Source: Dehalococcoidia bacterium
GTDB taxonomy: Bacteria; Chloroflexota; Dehalococcoidia; SM23-28-2
Assembly (NCBI GenBank): GCA_020356025.1
Contig: CP070630.1
Span: forward strand, 1,729,027 to 1,793,026
Direction: 5' to 3'
Length of the DNA: 64,000 nucleotides
Below are positions 1-10,555 of this stretch, one piece after another. Position numbers and translations under genes: made by a program. The notes under the pieces were generated by a model. It saw nothing but the letters and a program-made list of their open reading frames with translations, searched no databases and was not told the DNA's origin. Numbering within the stretch: position 1 is the first letter of the stretch; each line of letters begins with the position of its first letter.

Positions 1-1
1 C

Positions 2-310
2 ACCTCTACAGCAGACCTGGCTAGCAAGATAGCCTGGCTCATCACGACCACCAACTATGGCATCTGGCACATCACCAACGCCGGCGAGGCCTCCTGGTAC
101 GACTTTGCAGCCAAGATCTTTCAGTTGGCCAACCTGAGACCGAACCTGTCCCCGACAACCACCGCCGATTTTGGCGCCAAAGCGCGGCGACCGTCCTACT
201 CGGTCCTAGACCATGGCAGGCTACGCGCCCTCGGCGTCGATAACCTTCCCCCCTGGGAAGACGCCTTGAGCCGCTACCTGACGCAGATAGAAGTGGTGTC
301 GCCAGTGTAG
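2..310 (+). CDS. rfbD: dTDP-4-dehydrorhamnose reductase, C-terminal part (5' truncated by window)
   Basis: Frame 2 is open from the window start: TSTADLA...YGIWHITNAGEASWYDFA...AKARRPSYSVLD...PPWEDAL, the typical RmlD C-terminus. Confidence 0.85.
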   Translation, partial: TSTADLASKIAWLITTTNYGIWHITNAGEASWYDFAAKIFQLANLRPNLSPTTTADFGAKARRPSYSVLDHGRLRALGVDNLPPWEDALSRYLTQIEVVSPV

Positions 311-499
311 GACCAACTTACCCCAGCGAACCCGCCCCTATAACCTGGATACCATGTCCCCCTTTATGTCACGATCGTCCGCGGCCTCCTCAGCCTCCGT
401 GGTCGCGTCGCCCCCCACCAGCGGTAGCCCCTCTCCCTTCTGCTCCTGACCAGCCTCTCACAAAACGGCCCCACAAGTCGCAATCGTTGAAGACATAAC

Positions 500-524
500 G
501 AAACATTCCCTATCCTCGGGCGTC
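500..524 (+). promoter_or_regulatory. Putative ECF-sigma promoter
   Basis: GAAAC-N16-CGTC about 65 nt upstream of the FG-GAP gene; matches the AAC...CGT pattern of ECF promoters. Confidence 0.35.
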
Positions 525-589
525 TTTATGTAGAGAGGCACGGCAAGCGCCCCTCGTGCGCTCGCCCGTGCTCTGCTTGGATCGCCACG

Positions 590-2440
590 ATGGCAAGTAC
601 CTGGCGAACGGCAACCATCGTCGCTCTGGCGGCCTGCGCCGTCTTCTCGGCGGTAGGCTGGCAGCATGGCGCTGCCAGCCCGCTGGCTGTTGTCGATTTG
701 GCTTCGGACGTCCCGACCTCCCACATCTTCGGTGTCCAGGTCGCCGACAAGATGGGCCAGTCCTTGGCAGCCGACGATTTCAACGGCGACGGCACAGACG
801 ACATTCTCATCAGTGCAGACGAGGCCGACGGCCCCGGCGACGAGCGGTTTGCGGCCGGCGAGGCCTACATCATCTTCGGCTCGTCCTCGCTGGCTGACGT
901 CATCGACCTGGCCACCGGCGCGGCGGACGTGACTATCTACGGGGCAGAAGCCAACGACCACCTGGCCGAGGACGTGCTGGCCACCGGCGATTTCAACGAC
1001 GATGGATTCGCCGACGCGCTGATCGCCGCCCGCTACGCCGACGGTCCCGGCAACAGTAGGTCAGACGCCGGCGAGGTCTACCTCGTCTTCGGTTCCGCCA
1101 GCATGGGCGGCTCCATCGACATCGCCTCCTCTCAGCAGGATGTCACCATTTACGGCGCCGACGCCGGCGACCACCTGGCCACCTCCGCCGCCGTCGGCGA
1201 CGTGAACGGCGACGACAACGATGACATCATCCTGGGCATACGGGACGGCGATGGGCCAGCCAACGCCAGAAGCAACGCAGGCGAGGCCTACGTGATCTTC
1301 GGCTCCCCCACCCTCAGCGGCGTCATCGACCTCGCCGCCGGCGGGGCAGACCTGACCATCTACGGTACAAGGGCCAGCGACCACCTGGGCTTCTCAGTGG
1401 CCAGCGGTGACTTCAGCGGAGATGGCACCGCTGACATCCTCGTAACCGCCACCTGGGCCTACGGACCGGGAGATCCCCCGCGCCTCGCGGGCGAGGCCTA
1501 CGTCGTCTTCGGCTCCCCCACCCTTTCCGGAACCATCGACATCGCCTCCTCCCAGCAGGATTTCACCATCTACGGCGTCGACCTCCAGGATGAACTCGGC
1601 AACACGGCCGCCGGCGACCTGAACGGCGACGGCGTCGACGACATCGTGTTGGTAGCGTGGCGTGGCGACGGGCCGCTAAACGCCCGGCCGACCGCCGGTG
1701 ACGCCTACGCCATATTCGGCCCCATTGCCCAGGGCGGAGTCCTAGATCTCGCCTTGTCCGAACACGACCTGACGATCTACGGCGTCGACAGCGACGACAA
1801 GCTCGCTCAGTACGTCTACTCCCTGACCATAGGCGACTTCAACGCCGATGCCGTCGACGACATCCTGGTCGGCACTGCCGCGGCCGATGGCCCCAACAAC
1901 AGCCGCAACCTGGCCGGCGAGTCTTATGTCATCTTCGGCCTGCCTGCCCTAGCAGGAACGATTGACCTTGCCTCGGCCGAGGAGATCGTCACTATCTACG
2001 GCGCCGCCGACGGCGACAAGCTTGGCTCAGTGGCTGCGGGCGACGTGAATGGTGATGGGATCGATGAGGTGCTGGTGGCGGCGCCTTACGCAGACGGAGT
2101 GGACAAGAGTAGGCTGGCCTGCGGCGAGGCCTATGTGATCCGCCTGGGCGACAGCGACGGCGACACTGATGGCTTCCTCGATCTGGTCGAGCTGTACCTG
2201 GGCACCGACCCCTTGGACAACTGCCCCGACGACCCCAGCGACGACGCCTGGCCCTTGGATATCAACATGGACACGGAGATTACAGTCGCGGGCGACTGCC
2301 TCAACTTTCGCGACCGCATCGGCGCCGCACCGGGCGACCCCGAGTGGTGGCAGCGCCTCGACCTGAACGCGGACGGCATGATCAGCGCCGTCGGCGACGC
2401 GCTGCTGTATAGGGGGATGATTGGAGAGAGCTGCACGTAG
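590..2440 (+). CDS. Secreted FG-GAP (integrin-alpha beta-propeller) repeat protein with C-terminal dockerin-like domain
   Basis: Signal peptide; seven GD(F/V/L)NGDG.DD...A..ADGP...AGEAY.IFG repeats; C-terminal DINMDTEITVAGD / DLNADGMISAVGD duplicated Ca-loop motifs. Confidence 0.85.
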   Translation: MASTWRTATIVALAACAVFSAVGWQHGAASPLAVVDLASDVPTSHIFGVQVADKMGQSLAADDFNGDGTDDILISADEADGPGDERFAAGEAYIIFGSSSLADVIDLATGAADVTIYGAEANDHLAEDVLATGDFNDDGFADALIAARYADGPGNSRSDAGEVYLVFGSASMGGSIDIASSQQDVTIYGADAGDHLATSAAVGDVNGDDNDDIILGIRDGDGPANARSNAGEAYVIFGSPTLSGVIDLAAGGADLTIYGTRASDHLGFSVASGDFSGDGTADILVTATWAYGPGDPPRLAGEAYVVFGSPTLSGTIDIASSQQDFTIYGVDLQDELGNTAAGDLNGDGVDDIVLVAWRGDGPLNARPTAGDAYAIFGPIAQGGVLDLALSEHDLTIYGVDSDDKLAQYVYSLTIGDFNADAVDDILVGTAAADGPNNSRNLAGESYVIFGLPALAGTIDLASAEEIVTIYGAADGDKLGSVAAGDVNGDGIDEVLVAAPYADGVDKSRLACGEAYVIRLGDSDGDTDGFLDLVELYLGTDPLDNCPDDPSDDAWPLDINMDTEITVAGDCLNFRDRIGAAPGDPEWWQRLDLNADGMISAVGDALLYRGMIGESCT

Positions 2441-2511
2441 CGGGCTGCCCCTGCCAGTCCTCGCGCCTGTGGACAGCGTGGGGCCGCCAGCTCTGAGCAC
2501 GGAGGTTTGTC

Positions 2512-4215
<1,704 letters not shown>

Positions 4216-4314
4216 AGGCTACACGCCTGGCCCAACGTCGACTCCTGGCGCTCCTGCTCCTGAGCAGCGCCACCGCGTGGTTCGTCGCGACGTCCTGAAG
4301 GGGGAAATACAGCG

Positions 4315-4752
4315 CTAGTGGCTAAGCGCTTGATCTGCCTGCCGCAGCCGCCCGCACAGGGTGACCAGCAGCTTTTCCTGGAGGCCGGGTACGCTATCCC
4401 GCAACAGCTTGAAATCCCGCCGACGAACCACCAGCAGGGTCATCGGCGTCTCGGCGATGACCGTCGCGCTGCGGGGCCCTCCATCGATCAGCGACAGTTC
4501 TCCTACGAAATCGCCAGGCCCAAGTTCAGCGATCGCCTTGCCACCAGTTTCCACTCGCGCCCTACCCTCGACTATCACAAACGCTTCCAGTCCATGCTGA
4601 CCCCGCTTGGTCAAGATCGCTCCTGGGCGGGCCCGGTGCGCGTCGGTGTACTTGGCAACGGCACCGAGGTGGCGTTGGCTAAGGCTCCGAAAGAGCGGCA
4701 CGTTTCGCAGCAACTCCATCTTATACGAGCGGCCGAAAGCAGGTGTTGACAC
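4315..4752 (-). CDS. Stand-alone cyclic nucleotide-binding domain protein
   Basis: LRNVPLF...GPGDFVGELSLIDGGPRSATVIAETP; GTG start at 4752 follows GAGGTG. Confidence 0.8.
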   Translation of the reverse strand: MSTPAFGRSYKMELLRNVPLFRSLSQRHLGAVAKYTDAHRARPGAILTKRGQHGLEAFVIVEGRARVETGGKAIAELGPGDFVGELSLIDGGPRSATVIAETPMTLLVVRRRDFKLLRDSVPGLQEKLLVTLCGRLRQADQALSH

Positions 4753-4784
4753 AGGTACGCACCTCACACAAGAAAACTACGACG

Positions 4785-4813
4785 AGTCTACAGGCGCTCT
4801 CTCAGTATGTCAA
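4785..4813 (-). promoter_or_regulatory. Sigma70-type promoter for the cNMP-binding gene
   Basis: TTGACA-N17-TAGACT on the minus strand. Confidence 0.55.
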
Positions 4814-4848
4814 CATCCGCCGGCCGTGCCTTCCCTCCAGCCCGCCCC

Positions 4849-5067
4849 CTACTTCCCAGGCGGACTCAGCACCAGACGGAAACCGTCCTCAACATCCACG
4901 ACTGTTACGGAGTAGCCCCTGCTCTCGGCCAGCCGCGATACGTTCTCCTTCGAAACCCCGCTCTCTACAAGCACACCCAAAGATTCGGTCGGATTCTCAT
5001 CCATGGCCTTTTTGGCTTTGACCACTGGTATAGGGCAAGAGAGACCGCGAACATCGACCTCAATCAT
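4849..5067 (-). CDS. SirA/TusA/YedF-family sulfur/selenium carrier
   Basis: VDVRGLSCPIPVV (CPxP motif), 72 aa; ATGA overlap with the upstream gene. Confidence 0.88.
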   Translation of the reverse strand: MIEVDVRGLSCPIPVVKAKKAMDENPTESLGVLVESGVSKENVSRLAESRGYSVTVVDVEDGFRLVLSPPGK

Positions 5068-5960
5068 TGTTGCCCTCCTTCCGCATAGCAGACCCCACTC
5101 CACTGGCAGAGGTACTCTTTGAACACTGCCTGATACTGACCGATAATCTGCCGCACCCTGGTGGCTGGAGTAGCCTCTGCAAACTTCCCCGCCATGCGAT
5201 TCGATCTAGCGGCGACTATGGCTGCCTCCCGCAACTCCAGCCCAGCATGGACAAATGCGGATACAAGACCCGTGATAGTGTCCCCCGTCCCCCCAACAGC
5301 CTCCAGCGCAGGCACGTTGGGTTTCTCCACGCTAGCCACAATGTCCCCACTGTCCACCACATGATCGGTTGCCCCCTTGACCAGCAGCAGCCTGGCCGCG
5401 TTGTTGTGTTCGTAGGCGTCAGCGATAAGCCCTGGAATCTGACCCATGTCAGCATCGAAGAGGTGTCTGGCGATATACGCCGGGTGGGTGGCATCCCGGT
5501 CAGCCAGAAATGCCATCTCTGTGGCATCCGGCGTGAAGATGTCGAAATGAGAGGCCAGCCCCGCTGCCTTGGCCGCGTACATCGAGCCCGCGTCGGCGAT
5601 CATGAGCACCTTATCGGCGCATCTTTGGATGGATTCGCAGAGCCTCCTCATCAGGGCCATAATGGGAAGGCAATAGTGCAGCACCATTACCTGGGGAGAA
5701 ATGTCACTCACCTTCTGGATGAGATATTCGTAGATCTCCCGGCTACCCTTGCCCTGCCCGATGTCTCCTGCAACCACGACTTGGGGAGCGTCCAGCTCCA
5801 GGTAGTCGACCGCGGCCAGCGCAGCGCTGATCATGGCCCCGGTGCCCTGAGCACACGGGATCCGGCGGCCGTCGACAACCAGACCCTCCCCTTCGAGCAC
5901 AGCGCGCCCTATGGTTAGGGGAAAGTCCCTTATGGGTACAGTCCCGGCAACGAGCATCAT
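5064..5960 (-). CDS. Ribokinase-like / YjeF-C (carbohydrate kinase family) protein
   Basis: IADAG, TPDATEMAFL, LLVKGATD and GGTGDTITGLV motifs; SD GGAGGTGG. Confidence 0.75.
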   Translation of the reverse strand: MMLVAGTVPIRDFPLTIGRAVLEGEGLVVDGRRIPCAQGTGAMISAALAAVDYLELDAPQVVVAGDIGQGKGSREIYEYLIQKVSDISPQVMVLHYCLPIMALMRRLCESIQRCADKVLMIADAGSMYAAKAAGLASHFDIFTPDATEMAFLADRDATHPAYIARHLFDADMGQIPGLIADAYEHNNAARLLLVKGATDHVVDSGDIVASVEKPNVPALEAVGGTGDTITGLVSAFVHAGLELREAAIVAARSNRMAGKFAEATPATRVRQIIGQYQAVFKEYLCQWSGVCYAEGGQQ

Positions 5961-5962
5961 CG

Positions 5963-6496
5963 CTACCCACCTCCCCGCCAGAGAATCAAGCACTCTTCAA
6001 GGGCCCGGTCCAGCATCAGAGCGCACAGGGTGAAGCCTATATCCCTGGGCCGCGGGGCCTCGGTTAGCCTCTTATCCACAAGCTCAGAGTGCAGATAGGG
6101 AATATCAGGGCAGCCCCCACCTGAAACGTTAACAATGATGCCGCTCGCCTTGTCGAAGGAAAGCTTCATATTGCCCGCCTTCACCATCACCTGGTCGCCG
6201 AAATCCGTCGCCTTGACGATTCCCAGGAGCTCCGAAGTGCCTACCCTAAGCGGAGCGACGTCGACATACGTGGCATCCTTCTCCTTGAGCACCCGCTCAA
6301 TGCCGGGCTGTTCCACCAGGTTCACCTCCAGCGCCAGGTCACAGCCTTTGCGCAACTTTGGCGGCGGAGCAACCAACTTGACAGCGTAGTCTGCTTTTCG
6401 GAGCACCTTCTCCGCCCTCACTGCATCCTGTACGTCCTCGAAAAGCACTAGCCCTCCGCCCTCGAAGGAAGGCTTCTTTCGTCTGAGGAATGCCAT
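5963..6496 (-). CDS. DUF3343-domain protein with Cys-containing C-terminal extension
   Basis: AVRAEKVL...VAPPPKLRKGCDLAL (DUF3343-like); SGGGCPDIPYL; FTLCALML. Confidence 0.7.
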   Translation of the reverse strand: MAFLRRKKPSFEGGGLVLFEDVQDAVRAEKVLRKADYAVKLVAPPPKLRKGCDLALEVNLVEQPGIERVLKEKDATYVDVAPLRVGTSELLGIVKATDFGDQVMVKAGNMKLSFDKASGIIVNVSGGGCPDIPYLHSELVDKRLTEAPRPRDIGFTLCALMLDRALEECLILWRGGG

Positions 6497-6509
6497 GATC
6501 ACCTACCCC

Positions 6510-7703
6510 CTAAGCTTCGTCCCCGGCGGCGACCTTCACCCTGGGACGAGCCTTCTTCCACCAAGCCATCAACCACGCCTTGTCCATCGCCGCAAAGCCA
6601 ATGGCAGCCGCCACCACCAGACCGATAACGACCGCCTCCGGCCCGTATGGACTGACGCCGGCGGGCGAGCTAGCGAGGTTGAAGTTGTGGGCGAAGGCTG
6701 CCCCGGTGATCATACCGAGCACGAACACGGCCGCGTCGCCATCACCTTCGCCGGACAGGAAGAGCTGCCTGCCGGGGCACCCCCCCGCCAGCGCGAAGCA
6801 CAGCCCGGCAAGCGCCATGCCCAAGAAGTTCCACAGATGATTGTCGTGGGCCACCGGTTGGTCGGCAAAGCCAAGCTTCAGCAGCTCCTCATCAGTGAAC
6901 CCATGGATCACGGCGTTGGTGACCACTGCGGCGGCCAGAAGGGCGAGCACTCCGCTCAACAGGTGACTGTCCCTGACAAGCACGACATCGCGGATGGCGC
7001 CCATAGTGCAGAAGCGAGTACGTTGCGCCAGCACGCCGACCACAATTCCCACCACCAGCGACACCCAAATCGCAGGATGCAGCGACCCCGGCCCTTCGAT
7101 GCTATCGAAGATGGGGCCGACAAGGTTGCCGTCGGCGTCGCGCCCGAACTCCGGCGTGTAGATAGCGAGCAGCAGCAGGCCGAGCATGGCCGCCGGCAGC
7201 ACTAGGCCGATGATGAGCGGCGCCCGCTGCGCCCGGCCCAGGTTGTAACCGCTCCCGATAAACATCGCCCCCACGGTTACACCGGCCACCAGCCCCGTCA
7301 GACCTAGGATAGCGTTCAGGTCGCCGCCCGCCAGGCGCAGCAGGGCACGCCAGGGACAGCCCAGGAACACCAGCGCTCCAATCATGGCAGAGACGCCGAG
7401 AGCAAAGCGGACGATCGGCGCCGAACCGGCGCGCGCCCTGAACTCCCGGAACAGGACGGCGGCTAGCAGTGCCCCCAGCACGAAGCCGATTATCTCCGGC
7501 CGTATGTACTGGACGACATCGGCCCTGTGCAGCCCGAGCGCTCCGGCGATGTCGCGCTCAAAGCAGGCCACACAGATGCCCATGTTCTTAGGGTTGCCCC
7601 AATACACCAGCAGTGGGGCAAGGATCCCGATGAAAGCTCCCGCAAAGATGATCCCCCAGCGTGAGGCGAAAAAACTGTTGAGCTTAGACATATAGTCGGC
7701 CAT
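6510..7703 (-). CDS. yedE: YedE/YeeE-family putative selenium transporter
   Basis: GNPKNMGICVACFERDIAGALGLH, YIRPEIIG, FLGCPWR, QRTRFC and GGCPGRQ motifs; multiple TM helices; ATG at 7703 follows AGGAGAAGGA (track start at 7919 is overextended). Confidence 0.88.
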   Translation of the reverse strand: MADYMSKLNSFFASRWGIIFAGAFIGILAPLLVYWGNPKNMGICVACFERDIAGALGLHRADVVQYIRPEIIGFVLGALLAAVLFREFRARAGSAPIVRFALGVSAMIGALVFLGCPWRALLRLAGGDLNAILGLTGLVAGVTVGAMFIGSGYNLGRAQRAPLIIGLVLPAAMLGLLLLAIYTPEFGRDADGNLVGPIFDSIEGPGSLHPAIWVSLVVGIVVGVLAQRTRFCTMGAIRDVVLVRDSHLLSGVLALLAAAVVTNAVIHGFTDEELLKLGFADQPVAHDNHLWNFLGMALAGLCFALAGGCPGRQLFLSGEGDGDAAVFVLGMITGAAFAHNFNLASSPAGVSPYGPEAVVIGLVVAAAIGFAAMDKAWLMAWWKKARPRVKVAAGDEA

Positions 7704-7908
7704 TGCTGATTCCTTCTCCTTGCGCTCGACAAGTGAAAGGACGCCATCATCCGCTGGCGGCGATGTCGTGTGATCGATACCTACGCCAAGCGTCTGATGC
7801 GCCCCCCTGCGTGGCGCTGGGCGGGGTCTCGAGCGAGCCTCAAGCCGTCGCTCTGCTGCGGCTAGCCCGGCTTTTGAGAGGTTAGGTGTTTGGAGACGAG
7901 GCGACCAG

Positions 7909-8025
7909 CTAGACCACAACGGGAAGAGAGGCTACTCGAGCAAATGACTGGCGCAGAACCTGCGTCACGCCCCTAGGGCGCTTCCGTCAGACTCACGTGA
8001 AGCCGAGGCGCGGCAGCCAGGTCAT
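7909..8025 (-). CDS. Putative selenocysteine-containing leader peptide (uORF) MTWLPRLGFT-U-V-U-RKRPRGVTQVLRQSFARVASLPVVV
   Basis: SD AAGGAGGTGA (8031-8040) 5 nt before ATG; in-frame TGA at 7993-7995 and 7987-7989; SECIS-like hairpin downstream; TAG at 7909-7911. Confidence 0.6.
7945..7980 (-). promoter_or_regulatory. SECIS-like stem-loop in the yedE leader
   Basis: CGCAG-GUU-CUGCG hairpin (7952-7964); loop G follows 27 and 33 nt after the two UGAs; second hairpin CGCCC-UAG-GGGCG (7968-7980). Confidence 0.55.
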
Positions 8026-8088
8026 CGCTCTCACCTCCTTCCCTCGTGGCCAAAGCTAGTCCCTCAAATGCGGGGGGCTATCACCGAG

Positions 8089-8117
8089 ATCATCCCCACC
8101 GCGGGCGCTTGGGTCAA
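8089..8117 (-). promoter_or_regulatory. Putative sigma70-type promoter of the leader-yedE operon
   Basis: TTGACC-N17-GATGAT; the same (C/G)AT(C/G)AT -10 variant follows TTGACA-N17 at 35399, 52711 and 61929. Confidence 0.45.
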
Positions 8118-8130
8118 GCGTCGCACTGCG

Positions 8131-8748
8131 CTAGCCAACCTCCCGCAGCAATCTCACAGCCTCCTCAAGGTCGGCCTGCGTGTTGATGTTGAAGAAGCTC
8201 AGGTGGCGGGGGTCGATGCGGTCGATCGTTCCTTCGTCCACGTAGCGTACTCTCACCGCCTCAAACAAGGGCGCGATCTTGAGGTCGCCCGCTCGCACCA
8301 TCCGTTCCATCGGCGTGAGGCAGGCCTTAGAGTAGAGCGCGTGAAGGGGCTCGATCTGACCTCCCAGGAGCGGGACCACCGCGTCGACGTTGCTGCTCTC
8401 CCCTATCAGATGGCGAAGCAGTTCACCGTTTAGGAACGGCATGTCGCAGGCCAAGACCAGGCTCCACGGCTCGGCCGAAGCGTCGAGTCCGCTGAAGATT
8501 CCCCCAAGCGACCCCCTGCCGGGGTAGCGGTCGCTCACCACCCGCACCGAGGGCGGCAGGCGAAAGGCCGCCGCCTGCTCGGGCTGCGCTACCACTACCA
8601 GCACCTCGGTTGTCAGAGGCACAAGGCTGTCTATCACCCGCTCGATGAGCGCCTTGCCGCTGATGCGCTCCAACGCCTTGTTCCTTCCCAGGCGCCAACT
8701 CGCGCCACCAGCCAGGATGACCCCGCTCACCTTAGTCGGCTTACCCAT
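8131..8748 (-). CDS. mobA: Molybdenum cofactor guanylyltransferase
   Basis: VILAGGAS.RLG.NKA, GSLGGI, LACDMPF, EPLHALY and FFNINT motifs. Confidence 0.92.
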   Translation of the reverse strand: MGKPTKVSGVILAGGASWRLGRNKALERISGKALIERVIDSLVPLTTEVLVVVAQPEQAAAFRLPPSVRVVSDRYPGRGSLGGIFSGLDASAEPWSLVLACDMPFLNGELLRHLIGESSNVDAVVPLLGGQIEPLHALYSKACLTPMERMVRAGDLKIAPLFEAVRVRYVDEGTIDRIDPRHLSFFNINTQADLEEAVRLLREVG

Positions 8749-8889
8749 GACGCCACCGATTATACCGCCCCACAATCCTCATTGCCGTCAAGCTCTCCTC
8801 TTCCGCCTTGACCGCCCTCAGTGCCTGTGGGTAGGATCGGGACGCCAATGGAGCGAGGCTCTAGGCAATTTCTCTGGGGAGGCCCAGTG

Positions 8890-9432
8890 ATGGCGAGGGG
8901 AAAGATACTCCAGAGCAACCTTGCGTTCAGGCTCATGACGTTTGCCTTCAAGCTCCGAGACCTGTTCCAGAACCCGCGGCGGAGCCTGGAGAAGGCTCAA
9001 CTGGCAAAGGGAATGTCCGTGGTCGACTACGGCTGTGGACCGGGCAGCTTCACGATACCCGCGGCGGAGCTGGTAGGACACGAGGGCAAAGTCTTTGCCG
9101 TGGACATCCACCCACTCGCTATCAGCACTGTAGAACAGAAAGCCTCACGTAAGGGCTTGCAGAACGTGGAAACGGTTCTGGTTCGGGGATATGACACCGG
9201 GATTGAAGAATCGAGCGTAGACCGAGTCTTGCTCATCGACACAATTCACTTGATAGATGACCCCGATGCCCTGTTCCGCGAAATTCATCGGATGCTCAAG
9301 CCGGATGGCCTCCTCTTCATGGAGAAAGGCCACATGGCCATGTCCGACCAAAAGAGCATTCTGGAGAAGACCGGCCTTTTCAAGATAACCGAGTCCCAAG
9401 ACCTGATGATCCTGGCTACCCCCCAGTCATAG
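8890..9432 (+). CDS. Class I SAM-dependent methyltransferase
   Basis: VVDYGCGPG, VFAVDI and RMLKPDG motifs; ATG at 8890 follows GGGGAGG. Confidence 0.85.
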   Translation: MARGKILQSNLAFRLMTFAFKLRDLFQNPRRSLEKAQLAKGMSVVDYGCGPGSFTIPAAELVGHEGKVFAVDIHPLAISTVEQKASRKGLQNVETVLVRGYDTGIEESSVDRVLLIDTIHLIDDPDALFREIHRMLKPDGLLFMEKGHMAMSDQKSILEKTGLFKITESQDLMILATPQS

Positions 9433-9469
9433 TCCTAGCGCTTTGTGAAGGTGAACGGAGGGATCGAAA

Positions 9470-9634
9470 ATGGGCAGAGCAGCAGCGCTCGCAGGTGTGA
9501 TCATCGTCGCTCTCATGCTGGTGGGAACGATACCGGTAGGGATCGATAATGCTTGGTTGTGGAGCCTGCTCGCTCTCTTCCTAGTGGCTATGGTAGCGCC
9601 TGGCCGAACGGGACGGCGGAAGAGATCAGACTGA
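9470..9634 (+). CDS. Small (54 aa) membrane protein, not in ORF track
   Basis: SD GGAGGG; MGRAAALAGVIIVALMLVGTIPVGIDNAWLWSLLALFLVAMVAPGRTGRRKRSD has two hydrophobic segments and a basic tail. Confidence 0.55.
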   Translation: MGRAAALAGVIIVALMLVGTIPVGIDNAWLWSLLALFLVAMVAPGRTGRRKRSD

Positions 9635-9655
9635 AAGCCCGCGGCCTCTCCACCC

Positions 9656-10486
9656 TTACCGCACTCCGTACCCGGCCTCGACCGCTGCAACGTCCATGGC
9701 CACGGTCAGCACACGTTCCGCCGCCAGCAATCGCTTTCCGGCAACCTGCCGTAGGTCGATCGTCTTGAGGTAGCGGCGGCACTGCTCGCAGACGTTGAGG
9801 CGATACACCTGATCCTCGCTGGCGTAGTAGGCCAGTTGCTGCGGATCGTCATTGCCGCAGAACGGGCAGCCCACTCGCCGGAACGCCCACTCGCTGTCGC
9901 AGCGCGAGCAGAGGAGTCGCCGCCGCCCGCTCTCTTGTTCCAGGGCGGCCACGTCCGGCTCGCCGCCGCAGATCGGACAGTGGCCGCGATACCACACGCT
10001 CTCGTCGACCCAGGGAGTGAGCGCCTGCGCCTGAACTCGCAAGAAGGGACGCAGGGCGTTGATGAAAACGAAGGTGAGGAGATAGGCGTCGAGCCCCGCT
10101 TCCTCTCCCTCGCGGACCCGACCCTCTCGCAGGTACTCCGCAGCGACGGCCCCGATCCGGTCTCGTCTCTCGTCCAGCCAGCCACGAACCCCGGCCAAGG
10201 CCTCGGCCAACTCCGGCCTGCGCTCAGCCACGATGTGTCCTATCTGGTCAAAGAGTTCAGCCAGAGCCTGGTCGTCCGCCACGAGATGCTCCGGCGCAAG
10301 CAAAGGATACCCTTGCTGAAGCCGCTCGGCGGCCTCCTCGCTGCTCAGAGCCAGCCGACCGGCCGGGACCTGAGCGTGGGCTTGGGCCTCGAGCAGTTCG
10401 CAGTGCAGTTCGATAGTGTCAGCTAACCCGGCCCGCTTGCCAGCCTGGCTGTGTAGCTCTTGCAGGATCTCGGCGTAACCAACCAC
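9656..10486 (-). CDS. fdhE: Formate dehydrogenase accessory protein FdhE
   Basis: CPICG, CSRC, CPFCG and CEQC..YLK.ID motifs; last gene of the fdh operon; start uncertain (10486-10501). Confidence 0.9.
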   Translation of the reverse strand: MVGYAEILQELHSQAGKRAGLADTIELHCELLEAQAHAQVPAGRLALSSEEAAERLQQGYPLLAPEHLVADDQALAELFDQIGHIVAERRPELAEALAGVRGWLDERRDRIGAVAAEYLREGRVREGEEAGLDAYLLTFVFINALRPFLRVQAQALTPWVDESVWYRGHCPICGGEPDVAALEQESGRRRLLCSRCDSEWAFRRVGCPFCGNDDPQQLAYYASEDQVYRLNVCEQCRRYLKTIDLRQVAGKRLLAAERVLTVAMDVAAVEAGYGVR

Positions 10487-10555
10487 TACAGCCCCCCACA
10501 ACCCAGCTTACCATTTTCCCCGTGTCTTCCAACCGCTGTCAGTGGTGTGGCACGC

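Noticed and set aside
7704-7919. 72-aa N-terminal extension of YedE given by the ORF track
   Set aside because: The sequence does not look protein-like; a good SD precedes ATG 7703; the region is better explained as leader RNA
9632-9634. Further Sec readthrough at other TGA stops (9632, 43503, 5064, 4849)
   Set aside because: They coincide with natural protein ends or start-stop overlaps, and have no redox-motif context
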